From: an uncultured Bacteroidota bacterium
GTDB lineage: Bacteria; Bacteroidota; Ignavibacteria; UBA10030; UBA6906
Direction: 5' to 3'
Assembly: GCA_963700635.1 (NCBI GenBank)
Contig: CAVOYH010000001.1
Span: 160,001 to 224,000, forward strand
DNA: 64,000 nucleotides
Shown: one piece after another, positions 28,582 through 41,110 of the stretch
Numbering within the stretch: the first letter of the stretch is position 1
How the letters are laid out: the number at the start of each line of letters is the position of its first letter
Position numbers and translations under genes: made by a program
The notes under the pieces: generated by a model
What the model saw: only the letters and a program-made list of their open reading frames with translations
Databases searched by the model: none
Told to the model about the DNA's origin: nothing

Positions 28582-30737
28582 ATGAATGCTGATACAAAAC
28601 CCCACGAGAGACTTTTAAGCGAATTTCCCCCTGCCACTCCCGGGGAGTGGCGCGATGCAGCGGAAAAGCTGCTCAAGGGTGCCCCATTCGAAAAAAGAAT
28701 GATTACGCCGACGCCTGAAGGAATTGACCTGCTTCCGATCTATGCGCCTCCGGCGGACCAATCGGGAGGACCGGTGGCCCGACCGGAAGAACCGGGCAGT
28801 TATCCCTTCCGCAGGGGGTCAGCGGCACCAGCCCCGAACCCTCCTCCATGGCTCATCGCGCAGGAACTTCCGTATCCAACCTATGAAGAGTTTAACAAAG
28901 CGCTCCGTGATGATCTGGAGCGCGGACAGACTGCCATCTTCCTCCCGCTGGATCTGGCTTCGCGGCTGGGAGTTGACCCCGACCAGGCTGATGCTTCGAC
29001 GATCGGCAGCCGGGGAGTTTCCATCGCGTCCGTTGCCGGTTATGGAAAGGCATTGACGGGGATCGACCTCTCGTCCTACCCGCTCTTCATTGAGGCGGGT
29101 TCTGCAGGTCCGCTCTTCCTTGCACTGGCGGCGGCGGATGCCAGAAAGAAGCATCCGGATCGTCCTGCACTCCGTGGTTGTATTGGCAGCGACCCCCTTG
29201 GCGTGCTCGCGAGTGAAGGAAGACTCCTGTCGTCACTTGAGGTGCTGTATGATGAAATGGCCGTGGCGGCGGAGTGGGCTGATAAGTACAGTCCGGAACT
29301 CCGCACCATCGTGGTCTCAACAAGCGCCTACCATGACGGGGGCGCCTCAGCGGTCGAGGAATTGGCATGTGCTGTCGGCACAGCCGCAGCGTATGTCCGG
29401 GAACTTGTGCTGCGCGGTGTATCACCCGACATTGCCGTGCACCAGATCTGGTTCTCGTTCAGTGTCGGATCCCAGTTCTTTATGGAGATTGCAAAACTCC
29501 GTGCCGCCCGGGTGCTCTGGGCGAATGTGGCATCGGCCTTCGGCGTTCATGGAAAGGGTGGAGCGATGGCGATGCATGTACGGACCTCGGCCACCGCCAT
29601 GACCCGCATAGATCCTTACGTGAACATGCTGCGCGTGACGACCGAAGCTCTTGCAGGCGCCATCGGCGGATGCAGCAGCATGCACGTCGGCTTCTTCGAT
29701 GAGGCCATCAGACGACCGGATGAATTCTCGCGCCGCATCGCACGGAATGTACAGGTACTGCTTCAGGCAGAATCCCACATCCACCGTGTCGTGGATCCCG
29801 CAGGGGGATCATGGTACGTGGAGGCGCTCACCGAGAGTATTGCAGAACGGGCCTGGAAACTCTTCCAGAAAATTGAAGAACAGGGGGGAATGGCTGCTGC
29901 TCTGCAGAATGGGTTTGTCCGGAACCTTATTGCAGAGAGTGCCCGCCGCCGTGCGGAGGCTCTTGCTCTGCGTAGATCCGTCATGGTGGGTGTTAACGCG
30001 TACGCAAACCCCCTGGAGGCATCCCTTGAAGAGGGCCCGGACGACCTTGACAGCGTGCGCAGTCGACGTGCAGAAACCCTGAAGAATCTCAGAACCAAGC
30101 CAGACCGCGCGGCGGAAAACGAAGTACTGGACAGGCTCTCACGCATTCTCGAAACAGGGCGGGATTCCATCATGAACGCGCTGATCGAAGCGGCAGGGAA
30201 GGGAGCAACCCTGGGCGAATTACGACGGGCTTGGCGCGCGCGACGGGAAACCGCCGAAATACGATGTGAGCCAGTCTCTCCATATCGTTGTGCAAAACCT
30301 TTTGAAGAAATTCGGGCCGCATCCAATGCCTCTGCCGCACTGAAAGGAAACCGCCCTTCGGTTTTTCTCGCAACCATGGGCCCACAGAGTCAGCACAAGG
30401 CGAGGGCGGATTTTGTTGCCGACTTTCTGGCCGCCGGAGGATTGACGACCGTGATGGGAACCGGTTATGCGTCGGCGGAGGAAGCTGTTGACGCAGCGAT
30501 AAATTCGGGGGCGCCCGGACTCGTGATATGTTCAACCGATGAGACCTATCCCGCGCTGGTGCCTGCGATGTGTGCCGCGATCAAAAAGCGTGCGCCTTCA
30601 ATGATGATCATGCTCGCGGGATATCCCGCAGATCACGTCGAGTCATTCCGGGGTGCAGGTGTGGAAGTTTTTATCCATATCCGGGCAAATGTTCTTGAAG
30701 TGCTCCGGCAGATGCTCACGCGAATGGGGGTGACGGG

Positions 30738-30741
<4 letters not shown>
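28582..30741 (+). CDS. mutA: Methylmalonyl-CoA mutase small (non-B12-binding) subunit
   Basis: [52 protein letters not shown]. Lacks DxHxxG. Confidence 0.9.
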
Positions 30742-32915
<2,174 letters not shown>

Positions 32916-33977
32916 ATGGATCAGCAAAAAAAATCCCCGTCCGGGCGGATCCAACCCGGTACGGCCGCTGGACCATGGCGCACCCTTACGCCGGAACAAT
33001 ACGTGAAGGGGGTCCGGGAAGGGGACCGGGTGATTCTGGCACGCGCCATCACACTCATTGAGAGTAATGCCCCCCTGCATGCATCTCTGGCCCAGGAAGT
33101 CCTTGCTGCCCTCCTCCCGTTTACGGGGAATTCAGTCCGGATCGGCGTCACCGGAGTACCCGGGGCAGGCAAGAGCACGTTGATTGAAGCCCTCGGACTC
33201 CATCTCACGAACAATGCGCACCAGGTGGCGGTGCTGGCGATCGATCCGAGCAGCAGCCTGACGCGGGGTAGCGTGCTGGGTGATAAGACGCGGATGGAAC
33301 GCCTCTCCCGCGATCCACGCTGTTTTGTCCGTCCCTCCCCCTCCGGAGGCACGCTCGGCGGTGTTGCGCGAAAGACCCGTGAAACGATGCTGCTCTGTGA
33401 AGCGGCCGGATATGACGTCATCCTTGTCGAAACCGTCGGCGTGGGACAGAGTGAAATTACAGTCCGCTCGATGGTGGATTTTTTCCTTCTGCTGCTTCTT
33501 ACGGGGGCGGGCGATGAACTGCAGGGAATCAAGAAGGGCGTGACAGAACTCGCCGACCTGGTCGTTATCAACAAGGCGGACGGCGAGAACAAAATCCTGG
33601 CAGAAACCACACGGAGTGAATGTGCCCGTGCCCTGCACTACTTTACACCGGCGACACAGGGATGGACTGCGCCGGCGCTGACGTGCTCGGCATTGACAGG
33701 GGAGGGGATCACACGGATATGGGAAACTGTTGATGTGTTTTGCCAGGAGACCCGGAAAAGCGGAGCGTTCGCACAACGCCGTCAGACTCAGTTGCTTGAG
33801 TGGGTGCACAGCATCGTTGATGAACACCTGCAATCATCGTTCTACGCGGATCCGGCGATTGTGGACCTGCTTCCCCGGCTCGAACAGGAACTGGCGGCGG
33901 GCAACCTGACGGCAGCAACCGCTGCCCGGACATTGATCAGTACCTTCGAACAACGTCAGCGACGGAAACAGACATGA
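32916..33977 (+). CDS. meaB: Methylmalonyl-CoA mutase-associated GTPase
   Basis: GVTGVPGAGKST, AIDPSS, LGDKTRM, ETVGVGQSE, GDELQGIKKG, NKAD. Confidence 0.97.
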   Translation: MDQQKKSPSGRIQPGTAAGPWRTLTPEQYVKGVREGDRVILARAITLIESNAPLHASLAQEVLAALLPFTGNSVRIGVTGVPGAGKSTLIEALGLHLTNNAHQVAVLAIDPSSSLTRGSVLGDKTRMERLSRDPRCFVRPSPSGGTLGGVARKTRETMLLCEAAGYDVILVETVGVGQSEITVRSMVDFFLLLLLTGAGDELQGIKKGVTELADLVVINKADGENKILAETTRSECARALHYFTPATQGWTAPALTCSALTGEGITRIWETVDVFCQETRKSGAFAQRRQTQLLEWVHSIVDEHLQSSFYADPAIVDLLPRLEQELAAGNLTAATAARTLISTFEQRQRRKQT

Positions 33978-34378
33978 AACCTACACACATCGAACACATC
34001 GGCATCGCAGTGAAGAATCTTCAGCAGGCAATCGAGTTGTATGAACGCTTGCTTGGCACCCCCTGTTATGCAGTGGAAGAAGTGGCAGGGCAAAAGGTTC
34101 GCACGGCATTCTTTCAGGTGGGACAGACCAAGATCGAATTGCTGGAATCCACATCACCGGACGGCCCGATCGGCAAGTTCATAGAAAAAAGAGGCGAAGG
34201 CATACATCATATTGCCTATGCCGTGGATGATCTTCCCGGCACCCTCGAGAGTATTCAATTGGCAGGGCTCCAGCTTGTCGACACTCAGCCGAAAAAAGGA
34301 GCCGAGGGATTGTCGATTGCGTTTTTGCACCCCAGATCAACCATGGGTGTGTTAACAGAACTCTGCTCGCAGGGATAG
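33974..34378 (+). CDS. mce: Methylmalonyl-CoA epimerase
   Basis: IEHIGIAV, KIELLE, GEGIHHIA, AFLHP.ST.GVLTEL, mutase context. Confidence 0.96.
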   Translation: MKPTHIEHIGIAVKNLQQAIELYERLLGTPCYAVEEVAGQKVRTAFFQVGQTKIELLESTSPDGPIGKFIEKRGEGIHHIAYAVDDLPGTLESIQLAGLQLVDTQPKKGAEGLSIAFLHPRSTMGVLTELCSQG

Positions 34379-34409
34379 GCGATCAAGCGCTCAGAAAAGG
34401 GAAAAAGGT

Positions 34410-35963
34410 ATGGAAACGGTAAATGAGAAGTTACGGATACTGAAAGAAAACAACGCTCACGTCAATCTCGGAGGGGGGAAAGAGCGTCTCGAGGCCCAGC
34501 ATAAGGCGGGGAAGATGACAGCGCACGAACGCCTCCATCTGTTGTATGACGAAGGGTTTTACGACGAACTGTTCCGGTTTGTCCGGCACCATGCCGTATC
34601 CTTCGGAATGGCCGACCGGGATTTGCCCGCAGACGGGGTCGTAACGGGGCTGGGGGCTATCCGGGGAAGGCTTGTGTATGCCTCGTCGCAGGATTTCACC
34701 GTCATGGGCGGCAGTGTCGGGTATATGCATGCCTGGAAAATCTGTGAGATCATGGATATGGCGTTGAAGGCGGGGGCGCCATTTGTGGCCGTGAATGACA
34801 GCGGCGGAGCGAGAATTCAGGAGGGGGTCGACTCCCTGCAGGGATACGGACGAATCTTCTACTTCAACACCCTGCTCTCTGGCGTTGTGCCCCAGATTTC
34901 CATTATCGCCGGCCCCTGCGCCGGGGGCGCTGCGTATTCTCCTGCATTGATGGATTTTATCGTCATGGTCAAGGGGACCGGGCAGATGTTTATAGCAGGC
35001 CCGGAAGTCATCAAAGAAGCAACCGGTGAAACGATCACGGCCGAAGAGCTCGGAGGTGCGTTTGCACAGGCCGCGCAAAGTGGAAATGTACACTTCATCG
35101 CCCGTGACGATGCTGATGCCATCGAGATTGTTCAAAATCTGTTGAGCTACCTCCCCAGCAACAACACGGAAGATCCACCGTTCCAGGGTACCGGCGATCT
35201 GACACTTATCGAGGATGAAGGACTGAATAGGGTGGTGCCCGATGATCCCCGTGACCCGTATAACATGTTTGATATCCTGAATATGATATTCGATCCCGGG
35301 ACCATTTTTGAAGTGCACAGCCACTACGCAAAAAACATTATTGTCTGTTTTGCCCGCCTCAATGGCAGGGTTGTTGGTGTTGTGGCAAACCAGCCCGCCG
35401 AAAAATTCGGCGCGATTGATATCGACGCTTCGGACAAAGCCTCACGGTTTATCAGATTCTGCAACGCATTTAACATCCCCCTGATTACGTTTGTGGATGT
35501 TCCGGGCTTTCTCCCCGGCGTGGAACAGGAGTTCGGCGGGATCATCCGTCATGGCGCAAAGATGTTGTTCTCGTTTTCTGCGGCGACCGTTCCGAAGATC
35601 TCCGTGGTCGTCCGGAAAGCATACGGGGGAGCATATCTTGCCATGTGTGCGAAAGCGCTTGAAGCGGACCGGGTCGCAGCCTGGCCGACGGCGGAAATCG
35701 CCGTGATGGGCGCCGAGGGCGCGGTGAGTGTGCTGTTCCGCAGTGAAATCAAACGCGACGCGGACCCGCGGGCGAGGCGGCAGGAACTTATCGAGGAGTA
35801 CAAGATTCAGTTTTCCAATCCGTATCAGGCTGCGCACGCGGGCATGGTGGATGCCGTGATTGAACCGAAAAAGACCCGGGCCTACCTTTCCGTGGCGCTG
35901 GAATCCCTGCGGAACAAGCGCGACCTGCGGCCTCAGAAAAAACACGGCCTCATTCCACTCTGA
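34410..35963 (+). CDS. mmdA: Acyl-CoA carboxyltransferase subunit (methylmalonyl-CoA decarboxylase alpha)
   Basis: QDFTVMGGS, DSGGARIQEG, GPCAGGAAYSP, DVPGFLPG, RKAYGGAY, C-terminal KKHGLIPL. Confidence 0.88.
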   Translation: METVNEKLRILKENNAHVNLGGGKERLEAQHKAGKMTAHERLHLLYDEGFYDELFRFVRHHAVSFGMADRDLPADGVVTGLGAIRGRLVYASSQDFTVMGGSVGYMHAWKICEIMDMALKAGAPFVAVNDSGGARIQEGVDSLQGYGRIFYFNTLLSGVVPQISIIAGPCAGGAAYSPALMDFIVMVKGTGQMFIAGPEVIKEATGETITAEELGGAFAQAAQSGNVHFIARDDADAIEIVQNLLSYLPSNNTEDPPFQGTGDLTLIEDEGLNRVVPDDPRDPYNMFDILNMIFDPGTIFEVHSHYAKNIIVCFARLNGRVVGVVANQPAEKFGAIDIDASDKASRFIRFCNAFNIPLITFVDVPGFLPGVEQEFGGIIRHGAKMLFSFSAATVPKISVVVRKAYGGAYLAMCAKALEADRVAAWPTAEIAVMGAEGAVSVLFRSEIKRDADPRARRQELIEEYKIQFSNPYQAAHAGMVDAVIEPKKTRAYLSVALESLRNKRDLRPQKKHGLIPL

Positions 35964-35977
35964 CACCGGAAAAAACA

Positions 35978-36328
35978 ATGCAACAGAATATTATTGAAAG
36001 TCTCCTTCTGCTTGTCGTCGGGATCTCCGTGGTCTTCACGGCGCTCCTGATTCTGGCCGGCATGATACGAATGCTGGATTGGATCGACCGTTCCATCAAC
36101 GCTCTCCGAATCCGGAAGTATTCTGCGAAGGTCGAAACCCTTCAGATTGATGACGATGTGAACGACGAAATCGTTGCAGTTCTCTCGGCAGCCGTGACGA
36201 CAGTTCTGAACCAGCAGGTGAGGATCCGAAAAATCCGGTTTCTCAGCGGTGGACCCGCGCCGGCATGGGCGGTAACGGGACGAGTGAACATAATGGCTTC
36301 GCATGCTATTTCCAAGAGGAAATCCTGA
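35978..36328 (+). CDS. mmdD: Na+-decarboxylase gamma/delta subunit (OadG/MmdD family)
   Basis: N-terminal TM GISVVFTALLIL, EIVAVLSAAV, C-terminal W...GR. Confidence 0.8.
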   Translation: MQQNIIESLLLLVVGISVVFTALLILAGMIRMLDWIDRSINALRIRKYSAKVETLQIDDDVNDEIVAVLSAAVTTVLNQQVRIRKIRFLSGGPAPAWAVTGRVNIMASHAISKRKS

Positions 36329-36330
36329 CC

Positions 36331-36735
36331 ATGAAGAAACTGCTGATCACCGTAAACGGAAAACGGTACGAAGTTGATGTTGAAGTCGTGCACGACGACG
36401 AACTCATTGAAAGCCAGCCCGCATTCCGTCCACCGGTCCGTACCGTGGACAGTTATGTAACGCCGGTGCACGCACCGCTCCCGTTGCCGGCGACGGGCAA
36501 GGGTAAATCCGGTTCGGGGGACAAGAAAATCCTGACATCCCCGATCAATGGACTGATTCTCCAGATCCCTGTGAAGGAAGGAGACGCCGTCAAACAGAAC
36601 GACATCCTGTTCGTGCTTGAGGCGATGAAAATGAAGACGAATATTTCGTCGCCGCAAACCGGCAAGATCAAGAGCATCAAGGTGAAGGTGTCAGACAAGA
36701 TCGAAGCAGGCCAGGCGCTTCTCACGTTCGAATAA
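36331..36735 (+). CDS. mmdC: Biotin carboxyl carrier subunit of decarboxylase
   Basis: [13 protein letters not shown]-terminus, EAMKM biotinylation site. Confidence 0.9.
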   Translation: MKKLLITVNGKRYEVDVEVVHDDELIESQPAFRPPVRTVDSYVTPVHAPLPLPATGKGKSGSGDKKILTSPINGLILQIPVKEGDAVKQNDILFVLEAMKMKTNISSPQTGKIKSIKVKVSDKIEAGQALLTFE

Positions 36736-36749
36736 CGGAAGCACCGAAC

Positions 36750-37880
36750 ATGCTAGAGAACCTCGAGAAATTCGTCCTGGGAATGGGATTCTGGCACCTT
36801 ACCTTGGGTCAGGTGGCCATGCTTGCCATTGCTTCATTGTTGATCTATCTCGCCATCAAGCGGGGGTTTGAACCACTGCTTCTTCTGCCGATCGGGCTGG
36901 GAGCGTTCCTGGCGAATCTGCCGGGGAACGGATTGCTCGCTGCCCCGCACGGGAATGAGATCGGCGGACTGTATTACTATCTGTCGAAGGGGATCGAACT
37001 CGAAATTTTTCCACCTCTGATTTTCCTTGGCATCGGAGCGATGACGGACTTCGGACCGCTTCTGGCCAACCCCAAGACCTTTCTCCTGGGAGCCGCTGCA
37101 CAGCTGGGAGTGTTTATAGCGCTCTTTTCTGCAGTGTTGTTGGGTTTTGACCTCAAGGAGGCGGCGGCGATCGGTATCATCGGGGGCGCCGATGGCCCGA
37201 CTGCGATATACCTCGCCCTCAAACTCGCGCCCCACCTTCTTGGTCCTATCGCCGTTGCCGCATACTCGTATATGGCCCTGGTCCCTCTTATCCAGCCGCC
37301 GATCATGCGGGCGCTGACAACAGACAAAGAACGTATGGTGGTCATGGAGACCCTCAAACCCGTCTCCCGCAAGATCAAGCTCATCTTCCCTCTGGCCGTA
37401 ACCATTGTGGGCGTGTTTATCGTTCCCCCGGCGGCCCCGTTGCTGGCCATGCTGATGGGGGGCAATCTTCTCCGCGAAAGCAAAGTGGTGGAACGGCTGT
37501 CAAATATGGCCCAGAACGAACTTATCAACATCGTGACGTTTTTCCTCGGCACCTGTGTAGGGATGACCATGGCCGCAGACGTGTTCCTCCGGTGGGAAAC
37601 GCTCAAGATCATCAGTCTTGGCGTCGTTGCCTTCGGATTTTCGACGGTTGGCGGACTGCTCATCGGCAAACTCATGTACCGCTTTAGCGGGGGTAAGATT
37701 AACCCTCTGATCGGATCGGCCGGGGTCTCCGCGGTGCCCATGGCAGCCCGTGTGTCGCATAATGTCGGGCAGGAATACAATCCGCAGAATTACCTGCTCA
37801 TGCATGCCATGGGACCAAACGTCGCCGGCGTCCTCGGGACGGCGATTGCCGCCGGGGTTCTGATTGCCATCCTTGGATAA
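36750..37880 (+). CDS. mmdB: Na+-translocating decarboxylase beta subunit
   Basis: [62 protein letters not shown]. Confidence 0.95.
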   Translation: MLENLEKFVLGMGFWHLTLGQVAMLAIASLLIYLAIKRGFEPLLLLPIGLGAFLANLPGNGLLAAPHGNEIGGLYYYLSKGIELEIFPPLIFLGIGAMTDFGPLLANPKTFLLGAAAQLGVFIALFSAVLLGFDLKEAAAIGIIGGADGPTAIYLALKLAPHLLGPIAVAAYSYMALVPLIQPPIMRALTTDKERMVVMETLKPVSRKIKLIFPLAVTIVGVFIVPPAAPLLAMLMGGNLLRESKVVERLSNMAQNELINIVTFFLGTCVGMTMAADVFLRWETLKIISLGVVAFGFSTVGGLLIGKLMYRFSGGKINPLIGSAGVSAVPMAARVSHNVGQEYNPQNYLLMHAMGPNVAGVLGTAIAAGVLIAILG

Positions 37881-37907
37881 CATCATTCTTATCATGAAGG
37901 AATACAC

Positions 37908-38781
37908 GTGAATCTCCTCTGGGCTGTTGTACTCGGAATCATTCAGGGGCTGACAGAATTTCTCCCAATCAGCAGCACCGCGCATTTGACGATCGCCGGG
38001 AAACTGCTGGGACTCGTCGATCTTGAACACCCCGAGGCATGGACGGCCTTTATCGCTGTGATGCAGCTGGGCACCATGGTAGCTGTGCTGGCGTACTTCT
38101 GGAAGGACCTTCTGGACATCGTCATCGGTCTGTTCGGCGATCTCGTAACGAAGACCAGATATGCGCCGTGAACGCGGCTGGTCGCAGCAAAGTCGCCTTG
38201 CACTCGCAATAGTCCTTGGTACCATTCCCGTGGGACTTGTCGGGTTTTTTCTTCGCCACCAGATCGAAGGGGTCTTCACCAAGAGCATACTCGTCATCAC
38301 GGGGAGTCTGGTGGGACTTGCCGCGCTTCTCTGGCTTGCGGAAAAGGTTGCACGCCACCAACGCACCATCGAGCATGTGGGGTTGTGGGATGCATTGCTT
38401 GTCGGATGTGCACAGGCACTGGCATTGATTCCGGGCTCCTCCCGCTCCGGAACGACGATTACCGCAGCCCTCTTCCTGGGATTCACGCGTGAAGCTGCCG
38501 CCCGTTTCTCGTTTCTGCTCAGTGTCCCTGCCGTCCTTGCGAGCGGGATCTATGAACTCTACAAGATTGGCAGCATGCACCAGGCTGGCACTGACATATT
38601 TCATCTCGGGATAACGAACCTTGCGGTTGCGACCATTGTCTCCGGTGTTTCGGGGTACGCAGCAATTGCCTGGCTGCTCAAATACCTCATAAAACATACG
38701 ACCATGATTTTTGTTTGGTACCGGTTTGTCCTTGGTGCAGTCCTGACGCTCCTCCTGATGGCGGAACTGATCCAGCCGTAG
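37908..38781 (+). pseudogene. uppP: Undecaprenyl-diphosphatase split by a +1 frameshift near 38149-38170 (pseudogene, split gene or sequence error)
   Basis: ORF 37908..38171 has QGLTEFLPISSTAH and MQLG. ORF 38161..38781 has GTIP, QALALIPGSSRSGTT, AARFSFLLS. The two are one frame apart. Confidence 0.85.
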
Positions 38782-39035
38782 GCATCCATGGGACAGATCC
38801 ACGCACCCGGACGGCTCCGGTTGAGGCTGGTCTCCTGATTCTCCCTGCACATAGGCCGTAGGCTTCAGCCTAGATTCCTGATGTTTCTGAAGAGGACAAG
38901 AGATGGGTGACACACCTCACTCTGTCCTTCCCATAGTGACTTGGGGCACAGTCTCGCCAGACCCATCTGCGTACATTGTCCTACCGTGGTTTGCCATCCA
39001 TTCCACTTTCTTACGACCAGAAGGACGCTTCCCCC

Positions 39036-39701
39036 ATGACGCCCCGCGAAACGTATGTCCAGGCGAAAATCGAACATTATGTAGAAAAAGCTGAAGCGTA
39101 TTTTGCTATGGCCCGGTACCCCGCAGCCAGTCGTGCCCTGCATCACGTTCTGGCCCTTGATCCCGACAACCAGGCCTGCATGGGTTTACGTCATCGGATC
39201 CAGGAGCAGGCAACCGCACTCTCCCGTCAGAGTAATGGCAAACACCATCACACAGGAAGAGGCGGAAACGGTTCTGGCGACGACTCTTCCGGACAAACGG
39301 GCCACCAGCGCGGACTTGTTGTCATGATCGATCAGGACGAACGACTCCTGTCCCAATTGGCCGGTGTGCTCCCTCGCCATGGGTACCGCTTTGCAGGCGC
39401 AGCAAGTTACGATGAAGCTCTTGAGCTTTTTTCTCTTGTGACCCCTGACGTGGTCATTTCCGAGGTCAATTTTGACGCTGGCGCGAGGGGATTTGATCTC
39501 TTTCTCTGGCTGCGAACGCATACCACTCTGGCACGCACCCCGTTCATGTTTCACGCTACACGCATCGATCCTGATGTCCTGCTTGCCGGCAAGCGGCTTG
39601 GCGTTGACGATTTTCTCCTGAAACCCGTTGACGGGGCAATACTTGCAGCAGCCGCTGCGCACGCGATGAACAGGCGGAGATCATTGCCGGTCCCTTCCTG
39701 A
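39036..39701 (+). CDS. Atypical response regulator: N-terminal TPR-like hairpin + pseudo-receiver domain
   Basis: AEAYF..ARY..A......VLALDPDN TPR-like motif, receiver fold VVMIDQD...PDVVISEV...GFDL...DDFLLKP. RBS AAGGA. Confidence 0.75.
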   Translation: MTPRETYVQAKIEHYVEKAEAYFAMARYPAASRALHHVLALDPDNQACMGLRHRIQEQATALSRQSNGKHHHTGRGGNGSGDDSSGQTGHQRGLVVMIDQDERLLSQLAGVLPRHGYRFAGAASYDEALELFSLVTPDVVISEVNFDAGARGFDLFLWLRTHTTLARTPFMFHATRIDPDVLLAGKRLGVDDFLLKPVDGAILAAAAAHAMNRRRSLPVPS

Positions 39702-39706
39702 TGTTC

Positions 39707-39735
39707 TTGCTTTTCCTGTTGAAACTCCCTACTAT
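39707..39735 (+). promoter_or_regulatory. sigma70-type promoter for queEC-fumarase
   Basis: TTGCTT-N17-TACTAT. Confidence 0.5.
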
Positions 39736-39762
39736 ACCCGGGCCGCCAATTTCCCCCCGGGT

Positions 39763-40407
39763 ATGACTGAACTCGTCGTCAACGAAATTTTCCATAGTAT
39801 CCAGGGCGAATCCAGCCACGTGGGACGTCCCTGTGTCTTTGTTCGTCTCACCTACTGCAATCTCCGATGCACATGGTGTGATACGGCATATGCTTTTTCC
39901 GAAGGACGGACGATGTCCGTGGCGGCAATTCTCGAGGAGGTTGCGCGGTTTGAGTGTGGTCTTGTTGAGGTGACCGGGGGTGAACCTCTGCTCCAGCCAG
40001 ACGTACACCAGCTTCTCGGCGCTCTGTGCGATGAGGGTTATGAAACGCTCCTGGAGACCGGGGGAAGTCTGGATATCACCATGGTTGATCAGCGGGTGCA
40101 CCGCATTATGGATATCAAGTGCCCGGGAAGTGGCATGGAGGCCAGAAATCTTCTCTCCAATCTACAGCATCTCCGGCGGGCGGATGAAGTGAAATTTGTG
40201 CTGACGGACAGGGCGGATTTTGACTGGGCATGCGCTGCCATAGCGGATCACGCCCTGATCGAACGTTGTCATGTTCTTTTCTCGCCCGTGTTCGGCGTGC
40301 TTGATCCGACCAAACTGGCCCAATGGGTGCTCGACAGCGGCCTGCAGGTTCGGCTCCAGCTGCAATTGCACAAACATCTTTGGGACCCGCAACGACGGGG
40401 CGTCTGA
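39763..40407 (+). CDS. queE: 7-carboxy-7-deazaguanine synthase (radical SAM)
   Basis: [28 protein letters not shown], adjacent to queC. Confidence 0.93.
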   Translation: MTELVVNEIFHSIQGESSHVGRPCVFVRLTYCNLRCTWCDTAYAFSEGRTMSVAAILEEVARFECGLVEVTGGEPLLQPDVHQLLGALCDEGYETLLETGGSLDITMVDQRVHRIMDIKCPGSGMEARNLLSNLQHLRRADEVKFVLTDRADFDWACAAIADHALIERCHVLFSPVFGVLDPTKLAQWVLDSGLQVRLQLQLHKHLWDPQRRGV

Positions 40408-41099
40408 TGAACCCTCAACCGGCCATTGTTCTGGTAAGCGGGGGGATGGACAGTTGTGTCACGGCTGCAATTGCTGCGCGCGAACACTCTGAACTGGCGT
40501 TTCTCCATGCCAATTACGGCCAGCGGACGGAACAGCGGGAGCTACTCGCGTTTAAGGCCATCGCACTCCACTATGACGTTCGCCACACGCTCGTCGTTTC
40601 ACTTGCGCACCTTGCTGCCATCGGCGGATCATCGCTCACCGATTCGGAGATTCCGGTTTCGCCTGCTGATCTCCACGCGCAGGGTGTCCCCACATCGTAT
40701 GTGCCGTTCCGCAATGGGAATTTGCTGGCCGTTGCGGCGAGCTGGGCTGAAGTTCTTGGAGCCCGGTCACTGTACATCGGTGCGGTGGAAGAGGATTCTT
40801 CCGGCTATCCGGATTGCCGCCGGATCTTTTTTGACGCCTTCACCGACGTCATCCGTCATGGTACCAGGCCGGGAACATCCATAGAAATCCACACACCGCT
40901 GATTCGGTTGACAAAAGCCGAAATCGTCAAAAAGGGAATATCTCTGCAGGCGCCGCTGGAACATACGTGGTCATGTTATCAACATGACAATGTCGCCTGC
41001 GGTGTGTGTGACAGCTGCGCGCTCCGCTTGCGGGGATTCCAGGCGGCCGGAGTGCCGGATCCAATTCCCTATGTTGTTCGACCCGACTATCGTTATTAA
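40407..41099 (+). CDS. queC: 7-cyano-7-deazaguanine synthase
   Basis: SGGMDS, YGQR, YVPFRN, YPDCR, TWSCY...CGVCDSC. Confidence 0.97.
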   Translation: MNPQPAIVLVSGGMDSCVTAAIAAREHSELAFLHANYGQRTEQRELLAFKAIALHYDVRHTLVVSLAHLAAIGGSSLTDSEIPVSPADLHAQGVPTSYVPFRNGNLLAVAASWAEVLGARSLYIGAVEEDSSGYPDCRRIFFDAFTDVIRHGTRPGTSIEIHTPLIRLTKAEIVKKGISLQAPLEHTWSCYQHDNVACGVCDSCALRLRGFQAAGVPDPIPYVVRPDYRY

Positions 41100-41110
41100 A
41101 GGAGATGCCC

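Noticed and set aside
38858-38872. GTAGGCTTCAGCCTA REP-like hairpin
   Set aside because: Only one copy noticed in the window and no RAYT transposase, so it cannot be called a repeat family.
39702-39762. Possible preQ1 riboswitch before queE
   Set aside because: No preQ1 stem-loop with an A-rich tail, and the space is taken by a promoter.
39763-41099. queE/queC as a 7-deazaguanine DNA-modification (dpd) or QatABCD defence system
   Set aside because: Canonical-length housekeeping QueE/QueC with no dpdA, TatD or ATPase neighbours. tRNA queuosine synthesis is the simpler reading.
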